Shown piece by piece: positions 12,736-23,218 of a stretch of 56,391 nucleotides of DNA. The notes beneath the pieces were generated by a model that was not told the origin of the DNA, did no database searches, and worked only from the letters and a program-made list of their open reading frames with translations. Position 1 is the first letter of the stretch, and each line of letters starts with the position of its first letter. The position numbers were made by a program, and so were the translations under genes. The DNA is from Armatimonadota bacterium (GTDB taxonomy: Bacteria; Sysuimicrobiota; Sysuimicrobiia; Sysuimicrobiales; Kaftiobacteriaceae): positions 1 through 56,391 of the forward strand of contig JBBIUY010000017.1 of the NCBI GenBank assembly GCA_037440005.1, in the 5' to 3' direction.

Positions 12736-13613
12736 ACCCGCTTCCTGACAGGGCGCCCCAGCAGCCCTTCGGGCCGCACCGCGAGCACCACCACGATCAG
12801 CAGGAAGGCGAACGTGTCCTTCAAATCGAGGGACACGTAGGCTCCCACGAAGTTCTCCAGAAGCCCCAGGCCCAGCCCGCCCACCACCGCGCCCGGCATG
12901 CTGGTGAACCCACCCAGCACCGCTGCCGCGAACCCCTTGATCAGCAGGTCCACCATCCGGTTCGGCTCGAGGAATAGCGTCGGCGCCGCCAGCATTCCAG
13001 CCACAGCCCCCAGGGCCGCTCCTATGGCCCACGACAGCACGAACATGCGACTCACCGGGATGCCCATCAGCGACGCCGCTGTGCGGTTGGAGATGGTGGC
13101 GCGCATGGCCACGCCGACGTTGGAAAACCTGAAGAACGAGTGGAGCCCCGCCGCGAGCCCCACACCGACGGCGAGATTGAAGATTTGATCTCGCGGGATT
13201 ACCACGCCACCGACCTGCAGCGGGGCACCGGACGCGACGTAGGGGAAGCTCTTCACGTCATGGCCCCAAATGATCCCGGCGGTCCCGTTCAGGATCAGCG
13301 CCATCCCCAAGGTGGCCACCACCAGGCCCAGGACCGTGGCTTTACGGTCTCGGGCCGGTTTCATCACAGCGCGCTCCATCAGCACGCCCAGAAGGGCCGC
13401 GAAAGCGACAGCGCCGAACACAGCGGGCACCAACGCCCACCCAGCCTGCACGTGGAGGGCGTAGGCTATAAACGTGCTGAGCATGGCCATGTCGGCGTGC
13501 CCGAAATTGACTACGTCCGTGGTCTTGTAAATCAGCACGAGGCCCAGGGCCATCAGGCCGTACAGGGCGCCCGCTGCCAAGCCCCCGACGATTAAGTCCG
13601 CCACGAGCCGCAT
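12732..13613 (-). CDS. ABC permease (LivH-like)
   Basis: YGLMALGLVLIYKTTDVVNFGH, KGFAAAVLGG, RPEGLLG. Confidence 0.9.
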   Translation of the reverse strand: MRLVADLIVGGLAAGALYGLMALGLVLIYKTTDVVNFGHADMAMLSTFIAYALHVQAGWALVPAVFGAVAFAALLGVLMERAVMKPARDRKATVLGLVVATLGMALILNGTAGIIWGHDVKSFPYVASGAPLQVGGVVIPRDQIFNLAVGVGLAAGLHSFFRFSNVGVAMRATISNRTAASLMGIPVSRMFVLSWAIGAALGAVAGMLAAPTLFLEPNRMVDLLIKGFAAAVLGGFTSMPGAVVGGLGLGLLENFVGAYVSLDLKDTFAFLLIVVVLAVRPEGLLGRPVRKRV

Positions 13614-13625
13614 GACGTCACTGTC

Positions 13626-15071
13626 TCAGGGGCTGAGCCGGATGACCACCATCGAGACGTTGGTCATCTCCTCGATGGCGTAGCGCACCCCCTCGCGGCC
13701 GATCCCGCTGCCCCGCACGCCGCCGTAGGGCATGTGGTCGGCCCGGTAAGCGGGGGTGTCGTTGATGATGACCCCGCCGAAGTTCAGTCTCCGGATGGCG
13801 CGGAACACCCGGTCCACGTCGCGGGTGAACACCGCTGCCTGCAACCCGTACTCGGTGGCGTTGGCCTGCTCCAGGGCCCCCTCAAAGTCGTCCGCGCGGA
13901 TTACGGAAGCCACCGGGGCGAACGCCTCCTGGGCCACGACCTTCATCCCCGGCTTCACCTCCACCAGCACCGTCGGCCAGTACACCGCTCCCTGCCGGCG
14001 GTGGCCCGTGAGCACGCGGGCGCCGCCCGCGAGGGCCTCCTCCACCCATGTCTCGATGCGGCGCGCCTCTCGTTCGTCAATCATGGGGCCGACGTCCACC
14101 CGCTCGTCCAAAGGGTCTCCAACCACCATCTCCTCGCTAGCGTGCACAAACCGGTCCAGGAACGGCTCGTACGCCCCCTCCGCGGCGTAGATGCGCTGCA
14201 CCGAGATACACACCTGGCCGGAGTTGTAGTACGCGCCCACGGCGCACCGCCGGGCCACGAAGTCCAGATCCACGTCGGGCGCCACGATCACCGGCGAGGT
14301 GTTGCCCAGCTCCAGGGTGACCTTCTTGATCCCCGCGATCTCCGTGATGCGCCGCCCCACGGGCGGGCTGCCCGTGAAGCTCACCTTGGCTACCCTGGGA
14401 TCGGTGACGAGCCACTCGCCCACCGTGGATCCGGGCCCGACCACGAGGTTCACGGCGCCGGGGGGCAGGCCGGCCTCCTGCAGCACCCGACACAGGAGGA
14501 CCGCCGTGAGCGGAGTGGTGCTGGCGGGCTTGAGGACCACGGCGTTGCCCGCAGCCAGGGCGGGGGCGATCTTATGGGCCACGAGGTTGAGGGGGAAGTT
14601 AAACGGCGTGATGGCGGCCACCACCCCCACGGGGCGGCGGACCCAGAACCCGAAGTAGCCCTCACCCGCGGGGACCGCGTCCATGGGGACGGTCTCCCCG
14701 TGGATGCGTTTGGCCTCCTCGGAAGCCACGGTGAAGGTCGACACCGCTCGGTCCACCTCGATACGGGCGAACTTCAGCGCCTTGCCCGCCTCCGCGGCGA
14801 TGGTGCGGGCGAACTCCTCCCGCCGCTCCCGGATGAGGTCCGCGGTCCGCCGCAGGATCTCCCCACGGCGGTGGGCGGGGAGGTCCGCCATGACCTCTGC
14901 CGCCCGCTGGGCTGCTTCCACTGCGGCCGCCACGTCCTCGCGCCGGGCCTCGGGGATGGCCCCCAGCAACTCGTGCGAGTACTTGTTGCGAACCTCCATG
15001 GGCGGCCCGCCTTCGACCCACTGCCCGCCGACGAACAGCCGAGCCTCCATTACCTGGGCCATGCGGCTCAC
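13626..15071 (-). CDS. NAD(P)-dependent aldehyde dehydrogenase
   Basis: ITPFNFP, LKPAS, FTGS, LELG, SGQVC (catalytic Cys), EAFAP, PYGG; start could be 15071 or 15062. Confidence 0.92.
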   Translation of the reverse strand: MSRMAQVMEARLFVGGQWVEGGPPMEVRNKYSHELLGAIPEARREDVAAAVEAAQRAAEVMADLPAHRRGEILRRTADLIRERREEFARTIAAEAGKALKFARIEVDRAVSTFTVASEEAKRIHGETVPMDAVPAGEGYFGFWVRRPVGVVAAITPFNFPLNLVAHKIAPALAAGNAVVLKPASTTPLTAVLLCRVLQEAGLPPGAVNLVVGPGSTVGEWLVTDPRVAKVSFTGSPPVGRRITEIAGIKKVTLELGNTSPVIVAPDVDLDFVARRCAVGAYYNSGQVCISVQRIYAAEGAYEPFLDRFVHASEEMVVGDPLDERVDVGPMIDEREARRIETWVEEALAGGARVLTGHRRQGAVYWPTVLVEVKPGMKVVAQEAFAPVASVIRADDFEGALEQANATEYGLQAAVFTRDVDRVFRAIRRLNFGGVIINDTPAYRADHMPYGGVRGSGIGREGVRYAIEEMTNVSMVVIRLSP

Positions 15072-15739
15072 CCCGCAGTCTTGGCGAAAGCGCCCTCCGG
15101 CCCAGCCACCTCACCCCGTTCGATGACGTAGGTGCGGTCGGCGAGGGCACGCAGGGACGTTATCTCCGACTCAGCGACAAGCACGCCCACGCCGTCGTCC
15201 GCCACTTTCCGCAGCACTGTGGCGATCTGGTCCACCAGCGCCGGTGCCAGCCCTTCGAACGGCTCATCCAGCAGCAAGAGCCGCGTCCCAATCATCAGCG
15301 CCCGGGCCAGGGCCACCACCTTCTGCTGGCCGCCGCTAAGTTGTCCAGCCCGGCGGGTCGCAAATGCCCGAACGCCGGGCAGGAGGCCGTACACCCAGGA
15401 CAGCCTCTGGTGCTCCTCCACCCTGCGGCCGGCCCACACCGGCAGCAACAAGTTCTCTTCCACCGTCAGAGGAGGAATCAGCCGCCGGTCCTCCGGAAGG
15501 TACCCTATTCCCAGCGCTGCCCGCCGATAAGGAGGGATCTGGCGTAAGTCCACCCCGTCCCAGGTCATGGCGCCGCGGGCCACCGGGATCAGTCCCATTA
15601 CGGCCCGCAGGGTGGTGGTCTTGCCGGCGCCGTTACGGCCCACCAGCCCCACGATGGATCCCGGGGCGACTTCCAGACTCACGTGGCGCAAGATGGTCAG
15701 CCCTCGCACGGCCACCTGCAGATCCACCAGCCGTAGCAC
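15068..15739 (-). CDS. ABC ATP-binding protein (LivF-like), second system
   Basis: GRNGAGKTT, LSGGQQK, LLLDEPFEGLAP. Confidence 0.9.
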   Translation of the reverse strand: MLRLVDLQVAVRGLTILRHVSLEVAPGSIVGLVGRNGAGKTTTLRAVMGLIPVARGAMTWDGVDLRQIPPYRRAALGIGYLPEDRRLIPPLTVEENLLLPVWAGRRVEEHQRLSWVYGLLPGVRAFATRRAGQLSGGQQKVVALARALMIGTRLLLLDEPFEGLAPALVDQIATVLRKVADDGVGVLVAESEITSLRALADRTYVIERGEVAGPEGAFAKTAG

Positions 15740-15742
15740 CGG

Positions 15743-16480
15743 TTACCCCCCCACAACCTGGGGGGCTGCCGCCCCCAGGACCTGCTCCGGGGGTCCGTCG
15801 GCGACGATCCGGCCCCCGTTCATGGCCAGCACCCGGCGGGCATACCGGCGCACCACGTCCATGTCGTGCTCCACGAACATGGCGGTGACGCCCCCCTCCT
15901 GCAGGACTTGCACCAGCGTGTCCATCACCGCAAACTTTTCCAGCGCGCTGACTCCGCTGGTGGGTTCGTCCATCAGCAGCAGCCGAGGCCGCAGGGCGTA
16001 GGCCAGGGCGATGTCCAGCAGCTTTCGCCCGCCCTCGGGCAACTCACTGGCCGGCCGGTGGGCGTCCCGGTCCAGACCAAACTGGGCGAGGATCCGATGG
16101 GCGGCATCCCGGCGGGACGGTTCGGCCAGCGGATGGAGGACGTCCAGGCTGCGCCGTCCGGCGCAGGCCAGCGCGATCATCACGTTGTCCAGCACCGGCA
16201 GGCTCAGGAACAGCTGCGGGACCTGAAAGGACCGCCCCACTCCCAGGGCCGTGATCCGGTCCGGGTGCAACCCGGTGATGTCGCGGCCCAGAAAGTGGAT
16301 GCGGCCGGCCTCCGGCCGTAGATATCCGGTGACCAGGTTCAAAAACGTGGTTTTGCCGGCTCCGTTGGGCCCGATGATCCCCACCAGTTCACCCTCGGAC
16401 ACGGTCACGGTCACCCCGTCGACAGCGGCGATACTGCCGAAGTGCAGGGTGAGGTTGGTGGCCTCCAGGATCGGCCTCAT
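15743..16480 (-). CDS. ABC ATP-binding protein (LivG-like), second system
   Basis: GPNGAGKTT, GRSFQ, MDEPTSG, VEHDM. Confidence 0.9.
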   Translation of the reverse strand: MRPILEATNLTLHFGSIAAVDGVTVTVSEGELVGIIGPNGAGKTTFLNLVTGYLRPEAGRIHFLGRDITGLHPDRITALGVGRSFQVPQLFLSLPVLDNVMIALACAGRRSLDVLHPLAEPSRRDAAHRILAQFGLDRDAHRPASELPEGGRKLLDIALAYALRPRLLLMDEPTSGVSALEKFAVMDTLVQVLQEGGVTAMFVEHDMDVVRRYARRVLAMNGGRIVADGPPEQVLGAAAPQVVGG

Positions 16481-17418
16481 GGGTGCTGACGGCGCACCGC
16501 CCGTTGTAGCGGAGCCCACAGCCCACCGGGCAGCAGAAGGATAACCGCCAGCATCGCGGTGCCCATGAGCAGCTGCCAGGCGTAGGGGGTGTACTTGAAC
16601 GCGTAGCTCTTGAGCAACTCGTAAACCACCGCGCCGGCAAGCGGGGCGTGCACTCCCCCGGTACCCCCCAGCAGGGCGACGAAGACGAACTCTCCCGACG
16701 TGGTCCAGTAGGCCAGGTTGGGGTCGATGTGCCCCACGCTTAGTGCCACTAGCACCCCTCCTAACCCCCCCAAGGCGCTGGATAGCACGTAGGTGAAGTA
16801 CACCGCGCGGCTCACCGGGCCGCCCAAGTAGGCCACCCGCACCTCGTTGTCCCGGATGGCCTGCATCAGGTAGCCTAGCGGTGCGTTCCAGTACCGCAAG
16901 ACCACCGCCACGGCCACGGCCACCGACAGCAAGGTCACGTAGTAGACGGCGAGCCTGCCCTGCTCCGGACGCACCTGCAGCCCCAGGATGGTGGGAACCG
17001 GCACCCGCAGGCCGTCGCTGCCGCCGGTAACGGCGTAGGCCTTAATCAGGACACCGTACAAGACCATGGAAAACGCCAGAGTCAGCATGGCAAAAAAGAT
17101 CTCCCGGTACCGCGCGGCCAGGAGACCGCTGACCCCGCCCAAGACCACCGCCGCCAGCACGCCGATCGCGACCAGTAGCGCAGCCTCCCGCATCCCCCAC
17201 AGTTTCATGGCAAACCCCGCGGCATAGGCGGCGCCGGCGAAGAAGAGCCCGTGCCCGAACGACACGAGCCCCACCCGCATGAGCAGCATCACGCCCATGA
17301 CCACCAGCCCTTTGGCCAAGGCGAGGGTCAGGACGAACACCAGCCATCCCGGCAGCGTGCGCCCCAGCAGGGCCAGAACCAGGAAGGCGAGAGGACCGGC
17401 CCAGCGCCCCGCCGTCAT
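16477..17418 (-). CDS. ABC permease (LivM-like), second system
   Basis: GLVSFGHG, FAMLTLAF, TGGSDG, AIRDNE; start MTAGRW. Confidence 0.88.
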   Translation of the reverse strand: MTAGRWAGPLAFLVLALLGRTLPGWLVFVLTLALAKGLVVMGVMLLMRVGLVSFGHGLFFAGAAYAAGFAMKLWGMREAALLVAIGVLAAVVLGGVSGLLAARYREIFFAMLTLAFSMVLYGVLIKAYAVTGGSDGLRVPVPTILGLQVRPEQGRLAVYYVTLLSVAVAVAVVLRYWNAPLGYLMQAIRDNEVRVAYLGGPVSRAVYFTYVLSSALGGLGGVLVALSVGHIDPNLAYWTTSGEFVFVALLGGTGGVHAPLAGAVVYELLKSYAFKYTPYAWQLLMGTAMLAVILLLPGGLWAPLQRAVRRQHP

Positions 17419-18311
17419 ATCCGCCTGACCTCCGGCGGCGGGAACAGCCCATGGGGGCGCGCCAGCAACACCACCGCCATGACCACGTAAATGGTGAACA
17501 GCTCCAGCACCGGCACCAGGTGGATGGCAGCAGCCCGCACCAACCCGATAAGCAGGGCGCCCACGGCAGCCCCGGGAAGGCTGCCGAGCCCGCCGATAAC
17601 CACCACCGCAAACGCCACCACGATGACCTCCACGGCGATGCCAGGCACCACCGAGATCATCGGCGCGGTAAACGCGCCGCCCAGGGCGGCCAGGGCGGCC
17701 CCCAGGGAAAAGGTCAGCACATACACCCGCGACAGATTGATGCCCAAAGTGGTGCTGATCTCCGGATCGTGGATGACCGCCTGCACCAACCGGCCAAACC
17801 GGCTGCGGGTCACGAACAGCCACAGGAGGGCGCCGGCGGAGAGGGCCACGAGGACCAGGAGGAAGCTGTAGACCGGGTACACCACTCCGCCCAGACGGAC
17901 TTGCCCCAGGAGGGCGTAGGGGCGGTACGCATAGTAAGGACTGGGACCCCAGATCAACTTGACCGCATCCTCCAAGATGAGAAACAGGGCAAAGGTAGCC
18001 AGCAGCTGCAAAATCTGCTCCCGGGCATAGATCCTCTGCAGGATGCCCCGTTCCACCAGGGGGCCCACCGCGGCCCCCACCACAACCGCCGCCAGCGGCA
18101 GAACCGCCAGAGTTCCGGGCGGCCACAGGCCCCGGTGGGAGTACGCGATGACCAGCGTGGCGGCGGTGTAGGCGCCCAGGGCATAGAGGCTGCCGTGGGC
18201 GATATTGAGGACGCGCAAGACCCCGTACACCAGGGTCAGCCCCGCCGAGACCAGGAACAGCCACGAGGCGAAGATGAGCCCGTCCAGCGCGATGATGGTC
18301 ACCGTGGCCAT
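17415..18311 (-). CDS. ABC permease (LivH-like), second system
   Basis: GLTLVYGVLRVLNIAHGSLY, VVVIGGLGS, RPHGLF. Confidence 0.9.
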   Translation of the reverse strand: MATVTIIALDGLIFASWLFLVSAGLTLVYGVLRVLNIAHGSLYALGAYTAATLVIAYSHRGLWPPGTLAVLPLAAVVVGAAVGPLVERGILQRIYAREQILQLLATFALFLILEDAVKLIWGPSPYYAYRPYALLGQVRLGGVVYPVYSFLLVLVALSAGALLWLFVTRSRFGRLVQAVIHDPEISTTLGINLSRVYVLTFSLGAALAALGGAFTAPMISVVPGIAVEVIVVAFAVVVIGGLGSLPGAAVGALLIGLVRAAAIHLVPVLELFTIYVVMAVVLLARPHGLFPPPEVRRI

Positions 18312-18402
18312 GGCTCGCAGGTCATCGGCCGAGCCTGTTCCTGCCCCCCCGCGGTTGTCCGACAGGTCACATCACACTGTCTCCCCGTTCCCGGCGTAGA
18401 CT

Positions 18403-19725
18403 TCAGGGGCACCGCGCGCCCGGAAACCCCCGCGCAATCCACTCGGCACTCCTCACCCCGTCGGGAGGGTTGACGCACTCGGCCGGGAACGACAACACGC
18501 GGGTAAGCTCGAACTCCCGGGTCTTGGAGTTGTAGGTCCCCGTGATGCCGTAGGCCACGGATTCCACGGCCTGGTGCCCGCGGCCCAGGGTCATGGAGAT
18601 CGTGCCGCTGGGGGTGTCAAACGAGATCCCCTCAAACGCCGCAATCACCTGCTCTTTAGTGGGCCACCCCGCGCTGCGGCTGAGGGCCCGCTCGTAGGCG
18701 GCCTTTACGCCGAAGATGGCCTGGGCGATGTGATAGGATGGATAAATCGGGCGGACGTTGAACCGACCAGTGTAGACAGTCTTAAACCAGCGGTTCAACG
18801 GGACGTCCGGGGCTAGGGCTCCGTGAGGCCCTCGAGCACCGGTCACCACGCCGGGGGGCATGTCCCGGCCCAGCCGCGGCAGGACCGTGTCCCCGGTGGT
18901 AAGGACCAGGGTGCTCTGCAGGTAGATGCCCCGGGGGAAGCCCTGGATCAGCAGGCTCTCCAGGTCCCCACCCCAGAAACTGGTATGGATCACATCCGGG
19001 CGTGCCGCCAGCAACGCCGAAATTTCAGCCGAATACTCGCCCGCAAACAGCCGCGGGAACTGCTCCACCAGCACACGCACCTCGGGCCTGAGCTGGCGCA
19101 CCGAATCCCGGAAAGTCGCCCACGAGTCCTGACCCCAGGCGTAGTTCTGATTGATGCCCGCGATGGATCGCAGATCGGGCTTCACCCGCAGGATGTAACG
19201 GGCGGCGCCGACGTTGTCCAGGATCTGGTGACCGTGGGTGCGGAAGACATAGCGGTACCGCGCCTCCTCGAAGATCTGATTGGTGCCGCAGTCGAACATC
19301 ACCAGCAAGGCGCGCAGCTCTTCAGCCACCGGTGCCACCGCCAGGCAGTCTGCACTGCTGATGTAGCCGATCACTAGGTCGACTTTTTCATCCAGCACCA
19401 GGCGGCGGAACTCGGCGACCTGCTTGTCCGCTCCTCCCGCCTCATCCACAAACACCGCCTGGATAGGCACGCCCGCGATGCCCCGCTGACTGTAGGGGAC
19501 GGGTACTCGACCCGCATTGAGCTCCTCGATGAGTACCTCGGCGGCGTTCCGGGCCGGAATGCCAAACGGTGCGGCTGCTGCCCCCGACAGAAACGTGACG
19601 ATGCCGATCTTGACCGCCGAAGGCGCGAGCACCGCGGCCCCTGACCCGGCGGCCAGGCCCATCCCCATCACCACAGCTACGAGCACCGGCACATACTTCC
19701 TCACCGCTTCGCTGCGCGTGCACAT
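18403..19725 (-). CDS. LIV-type ABC substrate-binding protein 2
   Basis: Hydrophobic signal, KIGIVTFLSG, NQNYAWGQD, SFWGGD; RBS GGGGAGGGA before ATG 19725. Confidence 0.85.
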   Translation of the reverse strand: MCTRSEAVRKYVPVLVAVVMGMGLAAGSGAAVLAPSAVKIGIVTFLSGAAAAPFGIPARNAAEVLIEELNAGRVPVPYSQRGIAGVPIQAVFVDEAGGADKQVAEFRRLVLDEKVDLVIGYISSADCLAVAPVAEELRALLVMFDCGTNQIFEEARYRYVFRTHGHQILDNVGAARYILRVKPDLRSIAGINQNYAWGQDSWATFRDSVRQLRPEVRVLVEQFPRLFAGEYSAEISALLAARPDVIHTSFWGGDLESLLIQGFPRGIYLQSTLVLTTGDTVLPRLGRDMPPGVVTGARGPHGALAPDVPLNRWFKTVYTGRFNVRPIYPSYHIAQAIFGVKAAYERALSRSAGWPTKEQVIAAFEGISFDTPSGTISMTLGRGHQAVESVAYGITGTYNSKTREFELTRVLSFPAECVNPPDGVRSAEWIARGFPGARCP

Positions 19726-19787
19726 CTTCGTCCCTCCCCGAACCCGGGCGCGCGTGGGCTGACTGGCCAAGCGACCCACCTCCGGCT

Positions 19788-21017
19788 TCAGCGTGACCGC
19801 CCGGCCACGTTCTGTTCCCGGGCTGCCGCCTGGCGCGCCCGAAGCACCTCCTCCTCAGTGGGCAGCAGCTGCTCCGCCCCCACAACCTCCCACTGCCCCA
19901 GCATGAATCGGGCCGGCGGGTAGTCCCCGCACGGCTCTGTGATTCCCACATACATCTCTTGCACGATCTGGTGGTCAACGGGGCGGATCCACGAGCACAC
20001 CCCTTCCCGGTCCCTCGGGGTAGGCAGGGGCATCCCCTCCGCAGCTCGCGCAACCTCCTCCGGATCCACGGATCCGGCCCGCGCGACGGCTGCAGCAATG
20101 AACTTCACACCTACGTAGGCGCCATGGGCCGTGTAGGAGGGAAACCGACGAGCCCGGTTCCAGAACCTCGCCACGAACCTGCGGTTGGCTTCCGTAGGCG
20201 GGAAGTTGTTGTGGTGCCGCGCACTAAGGATCATGCCTGCCGGCACTCGATCCCCCAGAGCCTCGAACACTTCATAGTTCCCGCCAGCATCGAAACTGAC
20301 CACCTGGACCCGGGGGAACAGGTCCATGGACAGAGCCGTCTCCATGAACGCGATGGTGTCGCCTCCCCAAAATCCATGGATGAGGACATCCGGCCGTCGG
20401 TCCAGGATCGCCTGCACGTACGGGCGGTAGTCGCGCTCGTAAAGCTTGGGCCACGCTGTCCCAACAAACTGGGCGTCAGGCCGCAAGCGCTCGAAGTACT
20501 CCCGAAAGTCCTGCCACTGGCGGTGGCCGTATTCATAATCTGGACCGATGTAGGCGAAGGTGGTCCACGGCTTGCGACTTAGGAAAAGTGCTCCCGCTCG
20601 CATAGACTGGGTCGTGTTGTTGGTCACTCGGAAGTAGTACGGCTGAAACCGTTCCACGGTCAGACGGGCCGATGCGTGATCGGTGCCCACGAAGATCACA
20701 CCGAAGTGCCGAGAGACTTCCGTTACCGCCAGAGCCTCGGCGCTGCTCACCACACCCATGAGGAAGTCCACCTGGTCCTCCAAGACGTAGCGCTGCGCCA
20801 CCTGGACGGCGTAGGTGGGGTCGGAGCGGGTATCGGAGAACAGCAGCCGAATTTCACGACCGAGGACCCCGCCGGCCTCGTTCACTTCCTCTGCGGCCAG
20901 TTCGGCTCCCACGATGGAGTCGTGACCGTATCGGGCCGCCCGTCCGGTGAGAGGGTACAGGCAGCCGACGGTAATGGTGCTGTGCCTGGATGGCGATCGC
21001 CTCAGATTGGCTGACAT
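19788..21017 (-). CDS. LIV-type ligand-binding protein 3, apparently without signal peptide
   Basis: ITVGCLYPLTG, GGVLGREI, PDYEYG and FWGGD motifs; the N-terminus MSANLRRSPSRHST has no hydrophobic core. Confidence 0.82.
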   Translation of the reverse strand: MSANLRRSPSRHSTITVGCLYPLTGRAARYGHDSIVGAELAAEEVNEAGGVLGREIRLLFSDTRSDPTYAVQVAQRYVLEDQVDFLMGVVSSAEALAVTEVSRHFGVIFVGTDHASARLTVERFQPYYFRVTNNTTQSMRAGALFLSRKPWTTFAYIGPDYEYGHRQWQDFREYFERLRPDAQFVGTAWPKLYERDYRPYVQAILDRRPDVLIHGFWGGDTIAFMETALSMDLFPRVQVVSFDAGGNYEVFEALGDRVPAGMILSARHHNNFPPTEANRRFVARFWNRARRFPSYTAHGAYVGVKFIAAAVARAGSVDPEEVARAAEGMPLPTPRDREGVCSWIRPVDHQIVQEMYVGITEPCGDYPPARFMLGQWEVVGAEQLLPTEEEVLRARQAAAREQNVAGRSR

Positions 21018-21127
21018 CCGCTTGCACACAATTGTGCGGGACGAGCCTGAGCTTTTTCAATGTACCAATGAGCTAAAAGTGGCACGTAATTCTTGTGCTA
21101 ATATAGCAAAGGGGTGAGTCCCGGCTT

Positions 21128-22735
21128 ATGCCTCTCAGCGTTTACGATATCCTGGCTCTTGACATCATGCGTGACGTGAGGCTTCGGTGTGACACAGGGT
21201 TGGACCGTGAAGTCCGATGGGTCCACCTGTGGCCCGAAGTGCTGCCGTGGCCCCACGGGGGAGAACTCCTGCTGACAACCGTCTATAGCTGGCCGCCCGA
21301 GCCCGCAGAGCAGCGCCGAATCGTCCGGGACCTGGATCGGGCGGGGGTTGCTGCTATCCTCTTCCGAGCCGGCGGCCCGTACTTTCCGGAGGTCCCCGAA
21401 GCCATCCCCGCCGAGGCCCGCTCCCTGGGCGTTCCTGTCCTGGAGCTCGCCACCGACGTGGCGTTCTCCGACCTCGTGGAGATTGTGAACCGGGAGATCA
21501 TCCGCGCTCAGTTTGAAACCATTGAACGCTCTGACCACATCCACCGTGCCCTCACCCGGGTCGCGCTGGAAGCGCAGACCGTCAACGAGATCGCCCAGCG
21601 ACTGGAAGAACTAACCGGTAGGTCTGTGGTGATCCTCGACGCCGTGCTCCGGCCCCTGAGCGAGCCGCCCAGGTGGTGGGGCGCGGCTGCAGAGCCCGTC
21701 CGCCGCGCCTTGGAGCCATCCTCCATGTCGGTACGACTCCCTCTCGGGGACCGAGCGGAAGCGGCCGTGTTCCCCGTGCAGACCGGTCAGGATCGAGCGG
21801 GCTTCGTGGTCATCCGCGCCGAAGATGAAAAGCTTACCGATCTGGACATGCGCGCGGGAGACCATGCCGCCGTGATCGTGGGGCTGCACCTCCTACGCCA
21901 GCAGGCCGTGGCCGAGGCGGAGACCCGGGTGAGAAACACCTTCGTGGAGGCCGTGCTCCAGGGAAAACTGCTGGACGACCCCGCCCTCCAGGAACGGGCG
22001 CAATTGCTGGGCTTCGATCCCGCAGGCCGCTACCTGGTCGGCGTGGCTGCTCTGGTGGACGCGCAGGGAGCCGCCCGCGCCCGCCCCCTAAGCTCTCCAG
22101 AGGACTTTCATAGGCGCCGGCAGCTCGGCCAGGCATGGCAACAGGCTCTGGATGCGCTCGCCGTGCCCACCTTTATGGCCTACTCCCTTAACCAGGTGAT
22201 CCTGCTCCTGCCGGCCGAGGGGGACCCAGGCCGCGTGCGTCGGATGGTGGATGACCTCTACCGCCAAGTGGTCCGTGCAGACCCCACGCTCCGGTTCGCC
22301 CTGGGGGTCGGTCGCTCGACCACCGGGAGCGGGAACATCCCGGCCAGCCTCGAGGAAGCTCAGGCCGCCCTGGAGGCTGGCCGGGGAACCGGCGTACGGT
22401 GGTACCAGGACCTGGTGGTGCTACGCGTCCTGCACTCCACGACGGACCCTCATGCCCTGCAGACGCTGTGGGAGGAGACACTGGGTGCGTTACGGGCGCA
22501 TGGCGCCGGTCTGTACAACACTGCCCGGGCCCTAGTGCACGAGGGATTTCGTCAACGCCGCACGGCGAGGGTGCTGGGTGTGCACTGGAACACCCTGCGC
22601 TATCGGATCACGCGCATGGAGCAGGTGCTGGGAGCCAGCCTGGACCATCCGGAGCTCCGACTGAAGCTGCACCTGGCCCTCAAGGCCGAGGAGGTGCTCC
22701 CCCACCTCTCGGCAAGGCCCGCACCAGAGCGGTGA
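21128..22735 (+). CDS. PucR family transcriptional regulator
   Basis: N-terminal GLDREVRWVH..E..GGELLLTT PucR domain; C-terminal HTH TARVLGVHWNTLRYRI. Confidence 0.92.
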   Translation: MPLSVYDILALDIMRDVRLRCDTGLDREVRWVHLWPEVLPWPHGGELLLTTVYSWPPEPAEQRRIVRDLDRAGVAAILFRAGGPYFPEVPEAIPAEARSLGVPVLELATDVAFSDLVEIVNREIIRAQFETIERSDHIHRALTRVALEAQTVNEIAQRLEELTGRSVVILDAVLRPLSEPPRWWGAAAEPVRRALEPSSMSVRLPLGDRAEAAVFPVQTGQDRAGFVVIRAEDEKLTDLDMRAGDHAAVIVGLHLLRQQAVAEAETRVRNTFVEAVLQGKLLDDPALQERAQLLGFDPAGRYLVGVAALVDAQGAARARPLSSPEDFHRRRQLGQAWQQALDALAVPTFMAYSLNQVILLLPAEGDPGRVRRMVDDLYRQVVRADPTLRFALGVGRSTTGSGNIPASLEEAQAALEAGRGTGVRWYQDLVVLRVLHSTTDPHALQTLWEETLGALRAHGAGLYNTARALVHEGFRQRRTARVLGVHWNTLRYRITRMEQVLGASLDHPELRLKLHLALKAEEVLPHLSARPAPER

Positions 22736-22765
22736 ACGCGTCGCGTGGGAGAGGTACCGCCCCGT

Positions 22766-23179
22766 CTACGGCCGTGGCAGGACCAGCAGGGTCCCCGTGT
22801 AGTGAACGCTGAACGGGTGCAGCTGGCAGTAAATTACGAAGGCACCGGCCTTCACTCCCACAATTCGGATGACTTTAGTCTCCCGGGGCGCGAGGACTTC
22901 CTTGATGCCGTAGGCATCAATGGCGAACCCTTCGTTGATTGGACTCTCGTTCGTCACCCGGAATACAACCGTGTCGCCGGCATAGGCGATGGCGTCGGCT
23001 GGGAGGTTGGTCACCGCCACCGTGGACACCCCGGCGACGGTGGCCTTCCAGAACCTCATCGTGACCGCGTACTCCCGCACAGCCGACGCGGCGGTCGCAC
23101 CAGCGCGGTGGACCCACAGCCTCCCGGCCAGCACGGCAATGACCCCCGCAGTGAGCAAGAAGACACCGCGTGAGCGCAT
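22766..23179 (-). CDS. Nitrosocyanin-like red-copper cupredoxin (exported)
   Basis: NESPINEGFAIDAYG...ETK...KAGAFVIYCQLHPFSVHYTGTL. Ligands E83/C118/H121/H126 have the same spacing as nitrosocyanin E60/C95/H98/H103. N-terminal signal or anchor. Confidence 0.85.
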   Translation of the reverse strand: MRSRGVFLLTAGVIAVLAGRLWVHRAGATAASAVREYAVTMRFWKATVAGVSTVAVTNLPADAIAYAGDTVVFRVTNESPINEGFAIDAYGIKEVLAPRETKVIRIVGVKAGAFVIYCQLHPFSVHYTGTLLVLPRP

Positions 23180-23205
23180 GGACTCCCCCTTCCGGAGCTT
23201 GAATA

Positions 23206-23218
23206 TTCGGACTCCTAA
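23206..23218. promoter_or_regulatory. Putative MarR operator TTCGGACTCCTAA
   Basis: Imperfect palindrome TTnGGAnTCCnAA upstream of the cupredoxin; second copy at 23344-23356. Confidence 0.55.
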
